Part shown: positions 45,710 through 56,094 of the stretch, in pieces | How the letters are laid out: each line of letters starts with the position of its first letter | How positions within the stretch are numbered: position 1 is the first letter of the stretch | Assembly: GCA_041641295.1 (NCBI GenBank) | Contig: JBEPYO010000001.1 | Location: forward strand, 32,001-96,000 | Origin: Nitrososphaerota archaeon | GTDB taxonomy: Archaea > Thermoproteota > Nitrososphaeria_A > Caldarchaeales > Calditenuaceae | Direction: 5' to 3' | DNA: 64,000 bases | Translations under genes and position numbers: made by a program | Notes under the pieces: model-generated | Seen by the model: the letters and a program-made list of their open reading frames with translations, nothing else | Told to the model about the DNA's origin: nothing | Databases searched by the model: none

Positions 45710-48384
45710 TGCTCGGTGGCTTGGGAGTGGGTATAAAACTTGAAGGGTATCCGGTCAAGAAGATCGTCAAGAGGGACGGACGCGTAGTGGATTTTGACTA
45801 TCGGCGCATCCGCGAGGCCATCAAGAAGGCTATGATCTCGGTGGACAAATATGATGAAGCCCTCCTCGACCAAGTGGTCGAGTATGTCCTTCAGGTCATA
45901 GCGGAGAAGTATGGCGCGGAGCGGACGCCGCATGTGGAGAATGTTCAGGATATAGTTGAGCTCGCCCTAGTTAGATTTGACCTCTATGAGGTCGCTAAGT
46001 CCTATATCCTGTATAGGAAGCAGAGGGAGCGCATCAGGAAGGAGAAGATGCTAATCCTTGAAACAGACTATCTTGACGAGGTTGATAAGAGGTTCTCGGT
46101 AAACGCTTTGAGACTCATGGCGAGTAGATACCTCCTCAAGAATGAGGAGGGGAAGCTTGCAGAGCGGCCTAAACAGCTGTTTCAAAGGGTGGCTGCGCTA
46201 ATAGTGATTCCCGACATACTCTACGACCCGCTAATCTTCGACAAGGAGGCTAAACAGGGGGTACACCCCCAAGAATCCTTCAACCCGGAGTTCTGGGCTG
46301 GGAAGATCGGCCTCGGCAAGAACGGCGAGGGCTACCAGGTTTACTGGAATAGATGGCACCTTGAGAGGATGAAAAAGCTCTACGACAACCTCAACTCCCA
46401 AGGCATGATGAAATACCCGTGGAGCGTTTTCTGGGAGATGCTTCTCTCAGGCGCCTTTGACCACCATTACAGCGACTACCTCAACTACTATAACCTCATG
46501 GTTGAGAAGAAGTTCATGCCCAACAGCCCAACCCTCTTTAACGCAGGAGCTAGGCTGGGTCAGCTCTCAGCCTGCTTCGTCCTACCCATCGAGGATAATA
46601 TCGAGTCGATAATGAGGGCTGCGACGGAGGCGGCCATCATCTTCAAGAGTGGCGGAGGCATAGGGATCAACTACTCCAAGCTGAGGCCTGAGGGCGATGT
46701 TGTCTTCTCCACCTCAGGAGTCGCTTCGGGGCCGGTAACCTTCATGCGGATTATAGACACAGTAACCGAAGTGGTGAAGCAGGGTGGGAAGAGGAGGGGG
46801 GCGAATATGGGTATCTTGGAGGTCTGGCATCCGGACATTGAGAAGTTTATCCGGGCAAAGGAGAAGGAGGGATTCTTAGAGAACTTCAACATCAGCGTAC
46901 TCATAGATGACAAGTTTATGGAGTGTCTCGAAAACGACACTCCTTACGAGCTCAGGAACCCGCGAGACGGTAAGGTTTGGGGGACGAAGAGCCCCTCACA
47001 CCTCTTCCACCTCATAGCTGAAATGGCATGGAAGACCGCTGACCCCGGAGTCCTATTCCTCGAGAACATCAATAGAAGAAACCCGCTTCGGAAGGCCCTC
47101 GGCAACATTACTTCCACCAACCCCTGTGGGGAGGAGCCCCTATACGAGTATGAGTCCTGCAACCTAGGCTCCATCAACTTGTATGCATTCGTGAGGTCTA
47201 CTGAGAAGGGGAAAGAGATTGACTGGGATGCTCTCCGGGAGGCTGTGAAAATCGCCTACAGGTTCCTAGACAACGTGATAGATGTGAACAACTATCCACT
47301 ACAGAGCATAGACGAGATGTCGAAGAAGACGCGGAGAATCGGGCTCGGATTTATGGGGCTTGCAGACCTCCTCTTCGCACTGCGTATCCCATACAACAGT
47401 GAGGAGGGGTTCAGCCTCATGCAGAGGATAACAGAGTTCATAGCGTATCACGCCTACAGTGAGAGCATTGAGCGTGCCAAGGAGAGGGGAGTCTTCCCAC
47501 TCTATTGGGAAAGCTCTTACGTAAATGGCCAGCTCCCACTGGAGGGCTTCTATAAGAGGGAGCTCTGGACAATGGATTGGGACAGAATCGCTGAGGATGT
47601 AAAGCGCTACGGCATCCGCAACAGCTTCCTAATGTCAATCGCACCCACCGGCAGCATATCCATGCTGGTAGATACGAGTTCGGGTCTAGAGCCTGTCTTC
47701 GCACTGATTTACGAGAAGCACGTGACCGTCGGCGTTTTTCACTACATAGACCCGGAGTTTGAGAACTACTTGAAGGAAGCAGGCCTCTATAACGAGCAGA
47801 TCTTCAAGATGGTTGCTGACAACGGAGGCTCAATACAGGGTCTAGACGTCTTTCCAGAGGAGGCTAGGAGGGTCTTCGTGGTGGCGTATGACGTGCCATG
47901 GTGGGATCATGTGAGGGCCCAGTATCATGTGGGCCTCTGGGTAGACGCGGCAGTCAGTAAGACGATTAACATGCCCAGCTGGGTTACTGTCGAGGATGTC
48001 AAGAACGCGTACCTATTCGCCTACAAACTCGGGTTGAAGGGCATTACAATCTACAGGGACCTCTCAAAGTCTACGCAAGTCTTGGTAACTCCGAGCCAGA
48101 GGGAGTCGAGGTACGTTACAGTCGTGGAGAATAATACGCTGAACATTATGAGGGGGTTGGGCATTGAAATCAAGGTTCCATCGCCTGAGAAGGCTCGGAG
48201 GACTGCCATACCTCTTCAAGTATCGCTAACAGAGCCGCGAGAAGAGCCAATCTTAAACATCGAGACGGGGAGCGGTGAAGAGAAGTACGATGTTTGTCCA
48301 GACTGCAAAAGCAGGAACCTAGTGTGGCAGGAGGGCTGTGTGAAGTGCATTGACTGCGGCTGGACCAGCTGCGTGATTTCTTAG
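45709..48384 (+). CDS. nrdJ: Adenosylcobalamin-dependent (class II) ribonucleotide reductase with ATP cone
   Basis: VKRDG ATP cone, PNSPTLFN, LSACFV, TNPCGEE, APTGSIS, SKTIN, C-terminal CxxC..CxxC; no small-subunit gene; start uncertain. Confidence 0.92.
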   Translation: MLGGLGVGIKLEGYPVKKIVKRDGRVVDFDYRRIREAIKKAMISVDKYDEALLDQVVEYVLQVIAEKYGAERTPHVENVQDIVELALVRFDLYEVAKSYILYRKQRERIRKEKMLILETDYLDEVDKRFSVNALRLMASRYLLKNEEGKLAERPKQLFQRVAALIVIPDILYDPLIFDKEAKQGVHPQESFNPEFWAGKIGLGKNGEGYQVYWNRWHLERMKKLYDNLNSQGMMKYPWSVFWEMLLSGAFDHHYSDYLNYYNLMVEKKFMPNSPTLFNAGARLGQLSACFVLPIEDNIESIMRAATEAAIIFKSGGGIGINYSKLRPEGDVVFSTSGVASGPVTFMRIIDTVTEVVKQGGKRRGANMGILEVWHPDIEKFIRAKEKEGFLENFNISVLIDDKFMECLENDTPYELRNPRDGKVWGTKSPSHLFHLIAEMAWKTADPGVLFLENINRRNPLRKALGNITSTNPCGEEPLYEYESCNLGSINLYAFVRSTEKGKEIDWDALREAVKIAYRFLDNVIDVNNYPLQSIDEMSKKTRRIGLGFMGLADLLFALRIPYNSEEGFSLMQRITEFIAYHAYSESIERAKERGVFPLYWESSYVNGQLPLEGFYKRELWTMDWDRIAEDVKRYGIRNSFLMSIAPTGSISMLVDTSSGLEPVFALIYEKHVTVGVFHYIDPEFENYLKEAGLYNEQIFKMVADNGGSIQGLDVFPEEARRVFVVAYDVPWWDHVRAQYHVGLWVDAAVSKTINMPSWVTVEDVKNAYLFAYKLGLKGITIYRDLSKSTQVLVTPSQRESRYVTVVENNTLNIMRGLGIEIKVPSPEKARRTAIPLQVSLTEPREEPILNIETGSGEEKYDVCPDCKSRNLVWQEGCVKCIDCGWTSCVIS

Positions 48385-48433
48385 ACGTTCTCAGAATCGG
48401 AATAGGTATTTATCAAGAATCGGTCTCGAGTTT

Positions 48434-49342
48434 TTGGTGGCTCAGGTACTTATTACTGGCTCTCAGGGATTCATTGGTAGAAGTCTCCGGGAATATCTTG
48501 TGAGGGAGGGGTATTCGGTTTTAGGCTTGGATGTTTGTGAAGGTGCGGAGATAAAGGCTAACATCCTCTCGCTGGATGAGCTGTTATCATCCCTCCGAGA
48601 CTACAGGCCGAGCCACATAGTCCATCTGGCAGCGATATCAAACCCCCCTGCATGTAGGTCCGACCCGCACAACTGTCTAAACACAAACGTCCTCGGCACA
48701 GTCAATATGCTTGAAGTAGCCCGTCGACTAGGTGTTGACAGGTTTGTGTATCTCTCTTCAGCCAACGTTTATGGGCCACACCCTCCTCTCCCAGTCGTGG
48801 AGGAAACCCCTCTCCAGCCACGCACAGTATACGACTACTCTAAAGTCATGGCGGAAAAATGTGTCGAGGCCTACAGTCGCGTGTATGGTGTTCCCGCAGT
48901 GATTTTCAGGTCTTGGAAGGTCTTCGGAGAATACGACTCGCCCCAGAGTGCAATATCTCGGTTTATAGACGCTTGCCTGAGGGGTGGCGAAATAACGCTG
49001 TACAACGGCGGTAGAGACGTTACAGACCCCTACCACGTAGATAACCTGTGCCATGCGATTGAGCTGGCTTTGAGGAGCGAGAAGGCTGTCGGAGAAGTCT
49101 TCAACGTGGGGACTGGAAATGCCGTCTCGATTAGAGAGCTTGCGGAGCTTATAAAGAGGCTGACTTCCTCAAACGCAGCTCTTAAGGATGCGCCACCGCG
49201 GAGTGCGGAGGAGTCGGAGCCCATGATAAGCTATCCATCAATCGAAAAGATCGTGAGGCTACTTGGTTACAGGCCGATAGTAAGCCTTGAAGAGGGTCTC
49301 AAGAGGCAGATTAGACACCGTCAACGAGCCCTCGGCTTGTGA
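48434..49342 (+). CDS. NAD-dependent epimerase/dehydratase
   Basis: TGSQGFIG, HLAA, SSANVYG, YDYSK. Confidence 0.9.
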   Translation: MVAQVLITGSQGFIGRSLREYLVREGYSVLGLDVCEGAEIKANILSLDELLSSLRDYRPSHIVHLAAISNPPACRSDPHNCLNTNVLGTVNMLEVARRLGVDRFVYLSSANVYGPHPPLPVVEETPLQPRTVYDYSKVMAEKCVEAYSRVYGVPAVIFRSWKVFGEYDSPQSAISRFIDACLRGGEITLYNGGRDVTDPYHVDNLCHAIELALRSEKAVGEVFNVGTGNAVSIRELAELIKRLTSSNAALKDAPPRSAEESEPMISYPSIEKIVRLLGYRPIVSLEEGLKRQIRHRQRALGL

Positions 49343-50504
49343 AAAACTTCTGAGCCATCTCCCTCAGTGCATTATATCCGCCAACACCCCGGTCGACATA
49401 GGCCCTGACGATATAGATTGGTTTCGCCGTCATCTCGAGGATCCAAGACCTCGCCTCGCGCCTCTCATGGCTTCCACTCACCCTTATCGTCAGCTCTGCT
49501 GGGCCATACTTTGTGAGTGGAGGTACGACTGACGAGTCGATGTAGACATTCTCTGCGGGCAGGTGGAGTGTTTCGGCAAGCTCCGCTTCAATCTCTCTCT
49601 TCTTCTCGCTAGACCAAGAGGCTGTGTGTGGGCCCTCAGCCCTACCCTCAAAGATCATCTTCGGAAGAATCCTTCTTGAAAGTGCGTCCATTCTGCCCCT
49701 GGATTTCGGGTTGTTTTTGAGCATGCACCAGACTGCGAAGTCGTCGAGGTTTAGGTAGTCTTCAATTGGCAGCTCAGCTATTCCTGTTAGCTCTCCGCCA
49801 TACTCCTCCGCCGCCCTGAGGAGCTGGAGCTGGGCTGCCCGGACGGCGTGGTGGAAATATATGTTGAGGAAGGAGTGGAGCCGTGCTACTGCAAGCTCCT
49901 CCAACACCCCCCGCCCCCTCTCATCAATACATATCTCACCATCCTCGATCTTTGTCAGGTAGATGAGACGCCTCACGTCAATCACCCCGTAGGTCGCCCC
50001 TGTGAAGTATGAGTCTCTTAGTAGGAAGTCCAGCCTGTCCACGTCTATAGGTCCCGATACCAGCTTGCTTAGCCTGTGCTTACCTTCCAGAAGTCCTATG
50101 AGTTCGCCTATGTCTATGCCAGCCCCCTCAACGGCTAGTCTCAGCTCGTCGTTGCCCGAGATTATCCTCCTACCTATCTCCTCGTGTGTATAGCCCCTCT
50201 CGATGAGGAACTCCTCAAATAAGTGTGAAAAAGGGGTGTGTCCTATGTCGTGTAGGAGGGCTGCTGCCTTGAAGACGCGTGCATCGTCCTCCTGCAGGCC
50301 TAAACTCTTTGCAAACTCTTCTGCTAGGACCATGGATCCTAGGGAGTGGTCGAAGCGCGTGTGGCGTGCTCCGGGGTATACAAGGTATGCTAGGGGGAGT
50401 TGCCCAATTCTCCTCAGCCTCTGAAACGCAAACGTGTCCACGATTCTAAGCTCCCAGTCTGAGAGTGTGATATAGCCGTGGACCGGGTCCTTAATCAGCT
50501 TCAA
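49311..50504 (-). CDS. HD-domain phosphohydrolase (dNTPase-like)
   Basis: DPVHG, FQRLRRIGQL, HTRFDHSLG, LLHDIGHTPFSH, DVDRLDFLLRD. Confidence 0.92.
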   Translation of the reverse strand: MKLIKDPVHGYITLSDWELRIVDTFAFQRLRRIGQLPLAYLVYPGARHTRFDHSLGSMVLAEEFAKSLGLQEDDARVFKAAALLHDIGHTPFSHLFEEFLIERGYTHEEIGRRIISGNDELRLAVEGAGIDIGELIGLLEGKHRLSKLVSGPIDVDRLDFLLRDSYFTGATYGVIDVRRLIYLTKIEDGEICIDERGRGVLEELAVARLHSFLNIYFHHAVRAAQLQLLRAAEEYGGELTGIAELPIEDYLNLDDFAVWCMLKNNPKSRGRMDALSRRILPKMIFEGRAEGPHTASWSSEKKREIEAELAETLHLPAENVYIDSSVVPPLTKYGPAELTIRVSGSHERREARSWILEMTAKPIYIVRAYVDRGVGGYNALREMAQKFFTSRGLVDGV

Positions 50505-50555
50505 AACCGCTACCCTCCACTTCTAGCCGCCGATATATCATGGTTTCCCGTGTCT

Positions 50556-51419
50556 TTATTTGAGCGCCCCTAGGAGGAACCCTACTAAGCCTATGAGCAT
50601 CCAGACTAGATATTCTGACTTGGTCTTTCTGCTTGTATCAGGGTCTCGAAGCAATCTAATGCTGGAGTATGTGAAACCTGCGCACGCTATTGTGACTGGC
50701 GGTATGTAGAGGGGGCTCATAGCTCCGATGGCTATGGGAAGCGGACTTAGAGCAACGGCGGTGAAGACGAGGCCTGCACCTAGTCTCGCCGCAGCATGTT
50801 TGCCATGTGTAATTGCATATGTCTTGACTCCGCGACTTCTATCACCCTCCACATCGGAGATCCCTTTGACGACCTCCCTCCCCATCCCGGCGAGGAAGGA
50901 CATAGAGGATATAATGGCGACTGGTACGCCTACCGCGCCTTCAGCAAGTATTGCGCCGTAGATGTAGGGAGCGGATATTGTGGCACTCACTGCCGCGTTG
51001 CCGACCAGTCCCGTCTTCTTTAGGAAGGTATTGTAGGCGAGTGCGAGGGCGTAGAATATAGCCGCCACCAACAGGGGGCTAGGACCCAAGAGAGCCGATG
51101 ACGCCAACCCGGCGAGTCCGAGGAGGATTGAGAATGGGACTGCCTCGGAGACTTTGACCAGTCCTGAGGGTATGGGTCGACTGGGATTGTTGACGGCATC
51201 TATTTCCCTGTCTATGATGTCGTTCACAACCATGGATGAAGCCGTTAGACCATAGGCGGTAACCGCTGCGAAAACCCCCTCTAAAAGTGTGGGAATTCTG
51301 CCGCTCTGGACAAAATATCCCACGTAAACCGCGAAGATCATCATCAAGCCGTTTGGGGGACGTGTTATCTCTACGAATCCCCTGATCCTCAGAGATTTGA
51401 GAGGTTCGTGTCTGTGCAT
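50556..51419 (-). CDS. UbiA-family prenyltransferase, digeranylgeranylglyceryl phosphate synthase-like
   Basis: RPPN, NDIIDREIDAVNNPSRPIPSG, REVVKGISDVEGD. Confidence 0.85.
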   Translation of the reverse strand: MHRHEPLKSLRIRGFVEITRPPNGLMMIFAVYVGYFVQSGRIPTLLEGVFAAVTAYGLTASSMVVNDIIDREIDAVNNPSRPIPSGLVKVSEAVPFSILLGLAGLASSALLGPSPLLVAAIFYALALAYNTFLKKTGLVGNAAVSATISAPYIYGAILAEGAVGVPVAIISSMSFLAGMGREVVKGISDVEGDRSRGVKTYAITHGKHAAARLGAGLVFTAVALSPLPIAIGAMSPLYIPPVTIACAGFTYSSIRLLRDPDTSRKTKSEYLVWMLIGLVGFLLGALK

Positions 51420-51928
51420 GAGTAGTAGATCACCTCTCCCCTCCGCTCCAGGACTGCGATAATTAGGATCTTCCCCTTCCTCATAACCTGCTTTGTTGCC
51501 TTGAGGAGTTCCTCCATCTTAAGTGTCGAGCCTTCGGGGAAAGGGAAAATGAGATACTTTGAGGTCTCCCTGTTGGAGGGTTCGTAGAGTCTATAGGTTA
51601 GCATGCCGCCAAACCCCATCTTCACTATCCTACCACTGCTTCTCAGGTCTCGGTATACTATGTATCGGGGCCAGAGATGGGGCTGTTCTTTAGAGAGCTG
51701 GTCAAGGTAGGCCTTGAAGTCTAGAGGGTTGCCCTCTCTGTCTGTGAGGCTGAGCGCCTTCTTCTCGAGGAGATATAGCACCTCCTCGGGCCAAAGCACC
51801 AGCTGGCCCTCAGAAAGATCTCCATACCCCCTCGCCATCATCCCCTCTATATCCCCCTCAACCACTCTGCACCTGTAGTCTTCAGCTAGGACAGCTTTTA
51901 GCCCCCCTCTCTCCAACCCACCGCCCAA
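51389..51928 (-). CDS. tRNA-splicing endonuclease subunit, probably structural (beta) subunit
   Basis: EEVLYLLEK, YIVYRDLR..GRIVK.G, IAVLERRGEVIYY; the canonical catalytic Tyr and His positions are not evident. Confidence 0.75.
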   Translation of the reverse strand: MGGGLERGGLKAVLAEDYRCRVVEGDIEGMMARGYGDLSEGQLVLWPEEVLYLLEKKALSLTDREGNPLDFKAYLDQLSKEQPHLWPRYIVYRDLRSSGRIVKMGFGGMLTYRLYEPSNRETSKYLIFPFPEGSTLKMEELLKATKQVMRKGKILIIAVLERRGEVIYYSCTDTNLSNL

Positions 51929-52001
51929 TAATATGTGAGTCAGGTAAAAACATGTATCGAATAAACTATGTTAAGAGGCTGAGACGTTTGTTTTTGGTTT
52001 C

Positions 52002-53558
52002 ATGTCGGAGCAGGGGAGGGAGGAGTTGGAGCTGCACCCCTTGGAGAGGCGTGTACTGAGCCTTATCCTCTCTGAGGGGCCTCTTGGTTTCGACGAGGTG
52101 GCCGCGAAGCTTTCCGTGAACGTGGGTGCCGTGGCTAAGGCGGCAGAGTGGTTGGCAAGTAAGGGGCTTGCAGAGCCCTCAAAGGCCTCTGTGACGCATG
52201 TGTTGACGCTTGGAGAGGAGGGGCTGATATACGTTGAGAAAGGTCTTCCTGAGAGGAGGCTTGTTGAGGTCCTCAGATCTATGGGGGGTGAGGCAACGCT
52301 CAGCCAGTTGGAATCTGCAGGCATCCTCGGCAAAGATGAGCTAAACATCGGCATCATCTGGGCTAAGAGGAATGGATGGATATCGGTCTCTAAATCTGAT
52401 GGCGAGGTCAAGCTCAAGATTGAGAGGTATCCGGACTCAAAGTCTGACGACGAGCTGGTCCTTGAGATATTGAAGAGGGGGGCGGCGAGGCTCGAAGATA
52501 TGGGCCCGCTCCAGGCCGCCTGTGAGAGGTTAAGCCGCAGACCCCGGGTGTTGAGGATTAATGAAGTTGCCAGATATGTTCTGACACCTACCAAGAGGGC
52601 TCTAAGCCTACCTCCCGAGGTGTTGGCTGAGAGGGAGGAGATTACTCAGTTGACCCCGGAGCTGCTTATCAGTGGGGCGTGGAGGGAGAAGAGGTTTAGA
52701 CGGTATGACGTGTATGCTCCTGTTAAGCCTGTACTGGCGCCTAGGCCACACCCGCTAACACACCTCATCCAGCTAATCAAGTCCATCTTTGTTGAGCTGG
52801 GGTTTGAGGAGATTCAGGGGCCGCTGGTGGAGCTCGCCTTCTGGAACTTCGACGCACTCTTCCAGCCGCAGGACCACCCGGCCAGAGAAATGCACGACAC
52901 CTTCTATCTTTCAAGCCCAGCCACAGGTGAGCCGCCAAGAGAGCTCGCCGCCAAGGTTGGCAGAGTCCATCGGGATGGTGGGGCGACAGGCTCAAGGGGC
53001 TGGGGATATGAATGGAGCATCGAAGAGGCTTCACGCCTAGTTCTGAGAACACACACTACAGCAACCACTATACGGCATCTCGCCCAATCTCCGAAGAGGC
53101 CCCTGAAAGTCTTCACAATAGACAGGGTCTACCGTAACGAGAAGGTTGACTGGCGGAGGCTGGCCGAGTTCCACCAGGTGGAAGGCATACTCGTAGATAA
53201 GAACGCAAACTTGAGACAGCTGATGGGGGTAATAAAGGAGTTCTACGCGCGGATGGGGCTTAAAAAAGTCAGATTCAGGCCCAGCTACTTCCCCTACACA
53301 GAGCCTTCGGCAGAGGTAGATGTCTACGTGGAGACTAAGGGTAGCTGGGTTGAGCTCGGCGGCATGGGCATCTTCAGGCCTGAAGTGACTTTGCCTCTTG
53401 GGGTCAGGGAGCCGGTCCTCGCTTGGGGACTGGGTCTCGAGCGTCTCGCCCTCCTACTACTCGACGTGGATGACGCGCGGATACTCTACCAGAATGATCT
53501 CAGGTGGCTCCTCAGCTTCAACCCTCTAAAGCTCGAGAAGCTCAGGGTGAGTGGCTAG
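52002..53558 (+). CDS. pheS: Phenylalanine--tRNA ligase alpha subunit
   Basis: WNFDALFQPQDHPAREMHDTF, RTHTT, EFHQVEG, YFPYTEPS, WGLGLERL. Confidence 0.97.
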   Translation: MSEQGREELELHPLERRVLSLILSEGPLGFDEVAAKLSVNVGAVAKAAEWLASKGLAEPSKASVTHVLTLGEEGLIYVEKGLPERRLVEVLRSMGGEATLSQLESAGILGKDELNIGIIWAKRNGWISVSKSDGEVKLKIERYPDSKSDDELVLEILKRGAARLEDMGPLQAACERLSRRPRVLRINEVARYVLTPTKRALSLPPEVLAEREEITQLTPELLISGAWREKRFRRYDVYAPVKPVLAPRPHPLTHLIQLIKSIFVELGFEEIQGPLVELAFWNFDALFQPQDHPAREMHDTFYLSSPATGEPPRELAAKVGRVHRDGGATGSRGWGYEWSIEEASRLVLRTHTTATTIRHLAQSPKRPLKVFTIDRVYRNEKVDWRRLAEFHQVEGILVDKNANLRQLMGVIKEFYARMGLKKVRFRPSYFPYTEPSAEVDVYVETKGSWVELGGMGIFRPEVTLPLGVREPVLAWGLGLERLALLLLDVDDARILYQNDLRWLLSFNPLKLEKLRVSG

Positions 53559-53560
53559 TT

Positions 53561-55222
53561 ATGCCTGCCATCACATTGAGGGTTGACAGGGTATCCAGAT
53601 TTGTGGGCATCAATCTATCCTCCAACCAGATAGCGGAGCTGGCGGCCGCGTTGGGAATGTCTGTCGAGGAGGTGGGAGAGACTGAGGTCAAGGTCGAGTA
53701 TAACCCCAATCGCCCAGACTTTGGAAGCCAAGCCTCTATCGCAAGGGCCTTTAAGGGCCTGCTCGAGATCGAGCTAGGAGCTGGGAAATATTCTGCGAGA
53801 GCCTCCGGGATCGTCGTAGAAGTCGAGAGAAGCGTCCAATCTGTGAGACCTTACATCGCATGTGCACTGGTTCGCTCATTAAACCTAGACGAGGAGGATA
53901 TAGCGGACCTCATAGTATTGCAGGAGGACCTCCACTGGATTTTGGGCCGCGACCGCCGTAAAGTCGCCATCGGCATACACGACTACTCTAAGATCCGGCC
54001 ACCATTCACCTACCGTGCAGTCGGCCTCTCGGAGATACGCTTCATCCCGCTCGGCTCCTACCAAGAAATGACCCCACAGCAAATACTAGCCGAGCATCCC
54101 ACCGGGAGAAAATATGCTTGGATACTCCAAGGAAAGGACTTAGCGCCAATAATACTGGATAGCCGTGGGAACGTCCTCTCATTCCCACCAATAATCAACT
54201 CCTCCCTCACGGAGCTGAGACCCGGCGCGCGAGAACTATTCATAGACGTTACAGGCACAGACGAGAAAGCTGTAAACCAAGCACTAAACATACTGGTCAC
54301 CACACTGATAGACCTTGGTGGTGTCGCATACAAGACCCTTATAAAATACAAGTACAGGAGGAGACAAGTCTACACCCCCAACCTCTCAACCACCAAGTGG
54401 GTCTTGGACCCGAGCCTCGCATCGTCCCTCATCGGCCTAGAACTATCGATGAGAGATATTGTGAAGGCTTTGCGTAGAATGAGGCTTGATGCTAAAGCGT
54501 CGCGCGGGAAGGTGGTCGTGGGTGTACCGCCCTACAGGGTCGATATTCTACACCCCGTCGACCTAGTCGAGGAGGTTGCGATAGGCCTCGGCTACCAGAA
54601 CCTCGAGCCCGTGTTGCCAGAGACGGCAGGAATAGGGGCTCTACTGCCGGTCTCGAAGGCCCTAGACGTTCTGAGACAGTTTATGCTCGGTATGGGCTTC
54701 ACAGAGGTGGTAAACACGACACTCTCCAACACGGAGAGGGACTTTAACTGGATGCTCATCAACCGGGAGCCTGGAATAAAGATATTGAACCCGGTCTCCA
54801 TAATGTACGACTGTCTTAGAGAGCTGCTACTCCCCGGCCTCCTCTCAAACCTAGCCGCCAACTCGAAGAACCCGTATCCCCAGCGCCTATTCGAGCTCGG
54901 AGACGTGATAGTCAGGAATGACGCGCTACCGGAGAAGGCTGGAAGAGAGAAACACCTAGCCTTCGTTGCCTGCCACTCTACTGCGTCTTTCTCCGAGTTA
55001 AAGGCGGTGTTGGAGGAAGTTCTCCGCCTATTCGAGATGGAGAACAGTCTGTCCGCGAAGGACTATCCCTTCTTCATCCCTGGTCGCGGAGCAGCAGTGG
55101 TTAAGGAGGGGGTGGAGGTCGGCTTCATAGGCGAGGTACATCCCTCCGTCTTGGAGAACTTCGGCCTCTACATGCCCGTTGTAGGCTGCGAACTCAACCT
55201 CTCACTACTAGGCATAGCATAG
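53561..55222 (+). CDS. pheT: Phenylalanine--tRNA ligase beta subunit
   Basis: ATG 53561 (MPAI); NRPD, RPYI, QEDLH, SFPPIINS, RVDILHPVDLVEEVAI, GEVHP. Confidence 0.95.
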   Translation: MPAITLRVDRVSRFVGINLSSNQIAELAAALGMSVEEVGETEVKVEYNPNRPDFGSQASIARAFKGLLEIELGAGKYSARASGIVVEVERSVQSVRPYIACALVRSLNLDEEDIADLIVLQEDLHWILGRDRRKVAIGIHDYSKIRPPFTYRAVGLSEIRFIPLGSYQEMTPQQILAEHPTGRKYAWILQGKDLAPIILDSRGNVLSFPPIINSSLTELRPGARELFIDVTGTDEKAVNQALNILVTTLIDLGGVAYKTLIKYKYRRRQVYTPNLSTTKWVLDPSLASSLIGLELSMRDIVKALRRMRLDAKASRGKVVVGVPPYRVDILHPVDLVEEVAIGLGYQNLEPVLPETAGIGALLPVSKALDVLRQFMLGMGFTEVVNTTLSNTERDFNWMLINREPGIKILNPVSIMYDCLRELLLPGLLSNLAANSKNPYPQRLFELGDVIVRNDALPEKAGREKHLAFVACHSTASFSELKAVLEEVLRLFEMENSLSAKDYPFFIPGRGAAVVKEGVEVGFIGEVHPSVLENFGLYMPVVGCELNLSLLGIA

Positions 55223-55231
55223 ACTCTTAGC

Positions 55232-56059
55232 CTAGTCGGAGTAGCTCTCCTTCCAAGCAGGATATGAGCCGAGAACCTTCAGCAGAATAGATTTAGCCGC
55301 CAGCTCAGACAAAGCTTCACGAACCCTCTCATCGCTTATGTGGCCCTCGAAGTCTACGTAAAAGTGGTATTGCCAGGGCCTCGCCCTAGTGGGTCTGGAC
55401 TCTATCTTTGTCAGATTTATCTCCCGTCTCGCGAAGGCGCCGAGAGCCTCGTAGAGAGCGCCAGGCCTGTGGGGAAGGGAGAAGATTATGCTTGTCTTCT
55501 CCTTTTCAGCCCTCTCCGGCTCTCCGCGACCTATCACCAAGAACCTGGTGTAGTTTCTCCCGTAGTCTTCAATCCCTCGCGCCAAAATCTCCATTGAGTA
55601 TATCTCGGCGGCCCTGGCGCTTGCAATCGCTGCGACGGTTTTGTCTCCTAGCTCCTTGACGAGCCGGACTGCAGCCGCCGTGTCGTAGTGGCTGATCGAC
55701 TCTAGGCCGAGCGAGGCGATGTAGGCCCTGCATTGGGCGAGGGCCTGGGGATGTGATACAACCTTCTTAAGGCCGGCGATGGTTGCTCCAGGCAGCCCGA
55801 TTAGGCAGTGGGAGATTCTCAGATTCAACTCGCCTATAACTTTTAGGCTCGTGGTTAGGAGGGCGTCATAGGTCTCGCCGACGCTCCCCTCAATACTGTT
55901 CTCTACTGGTACAACGCCGGCCTCCACCTCGCCCGCCTCCACGCTCATAAAGACTGCGGAGATGGTTTTTCGCGGCTGGGGCTCAGCCCTCTCGCCGAAG
56001 TACCGTATAACCGCCTCCTCGCTGTAAGCCCCCCTCTCGCCTTGAAACGCCACCTTCAA
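55232..56059 (-). CDS. pheA: Prephenate dehydratase
   Basis: KVAFQGERGAYSE, PVENSIEG, SHPQALAQC, NYTRF, INLTKIESRP; probable TTG start 56059. Confidence 0.93.
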   Translation of the reverse strand: MKVAFQGERGAYSEEAVIRYFGERAEPQPRKTISAVFMSVEAGEVEAGVVPVENSIEGSVGETYDALLTTSLKVIGELNLRISHCLIGLPGATIAGLKKVVSHPQALAQCRAYIASLGLESISHYDTAAAVRLVKELGDKTVAAIASARAAEIYSMEILARGIEDYGRNYTRFLVIGRGEPERAEKEKTSIIFSLPHRPGALYEALGAFARREINLTKIESRPTRARPWQYHFYVDFEGHISDERVREALSELAAKSILLKVLGSYPAWKESYSD

Positions 56060-56094
56060 CCCACGCCAACACCACAACTCGGCCTAATATCCAT

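Noticed and set aside
45709-48384. Intein in the ribonucleotide reductase
   Set aside because: No C...HN-C/S/T splice junctions or LAGLIDADG blocks, and the length is normal
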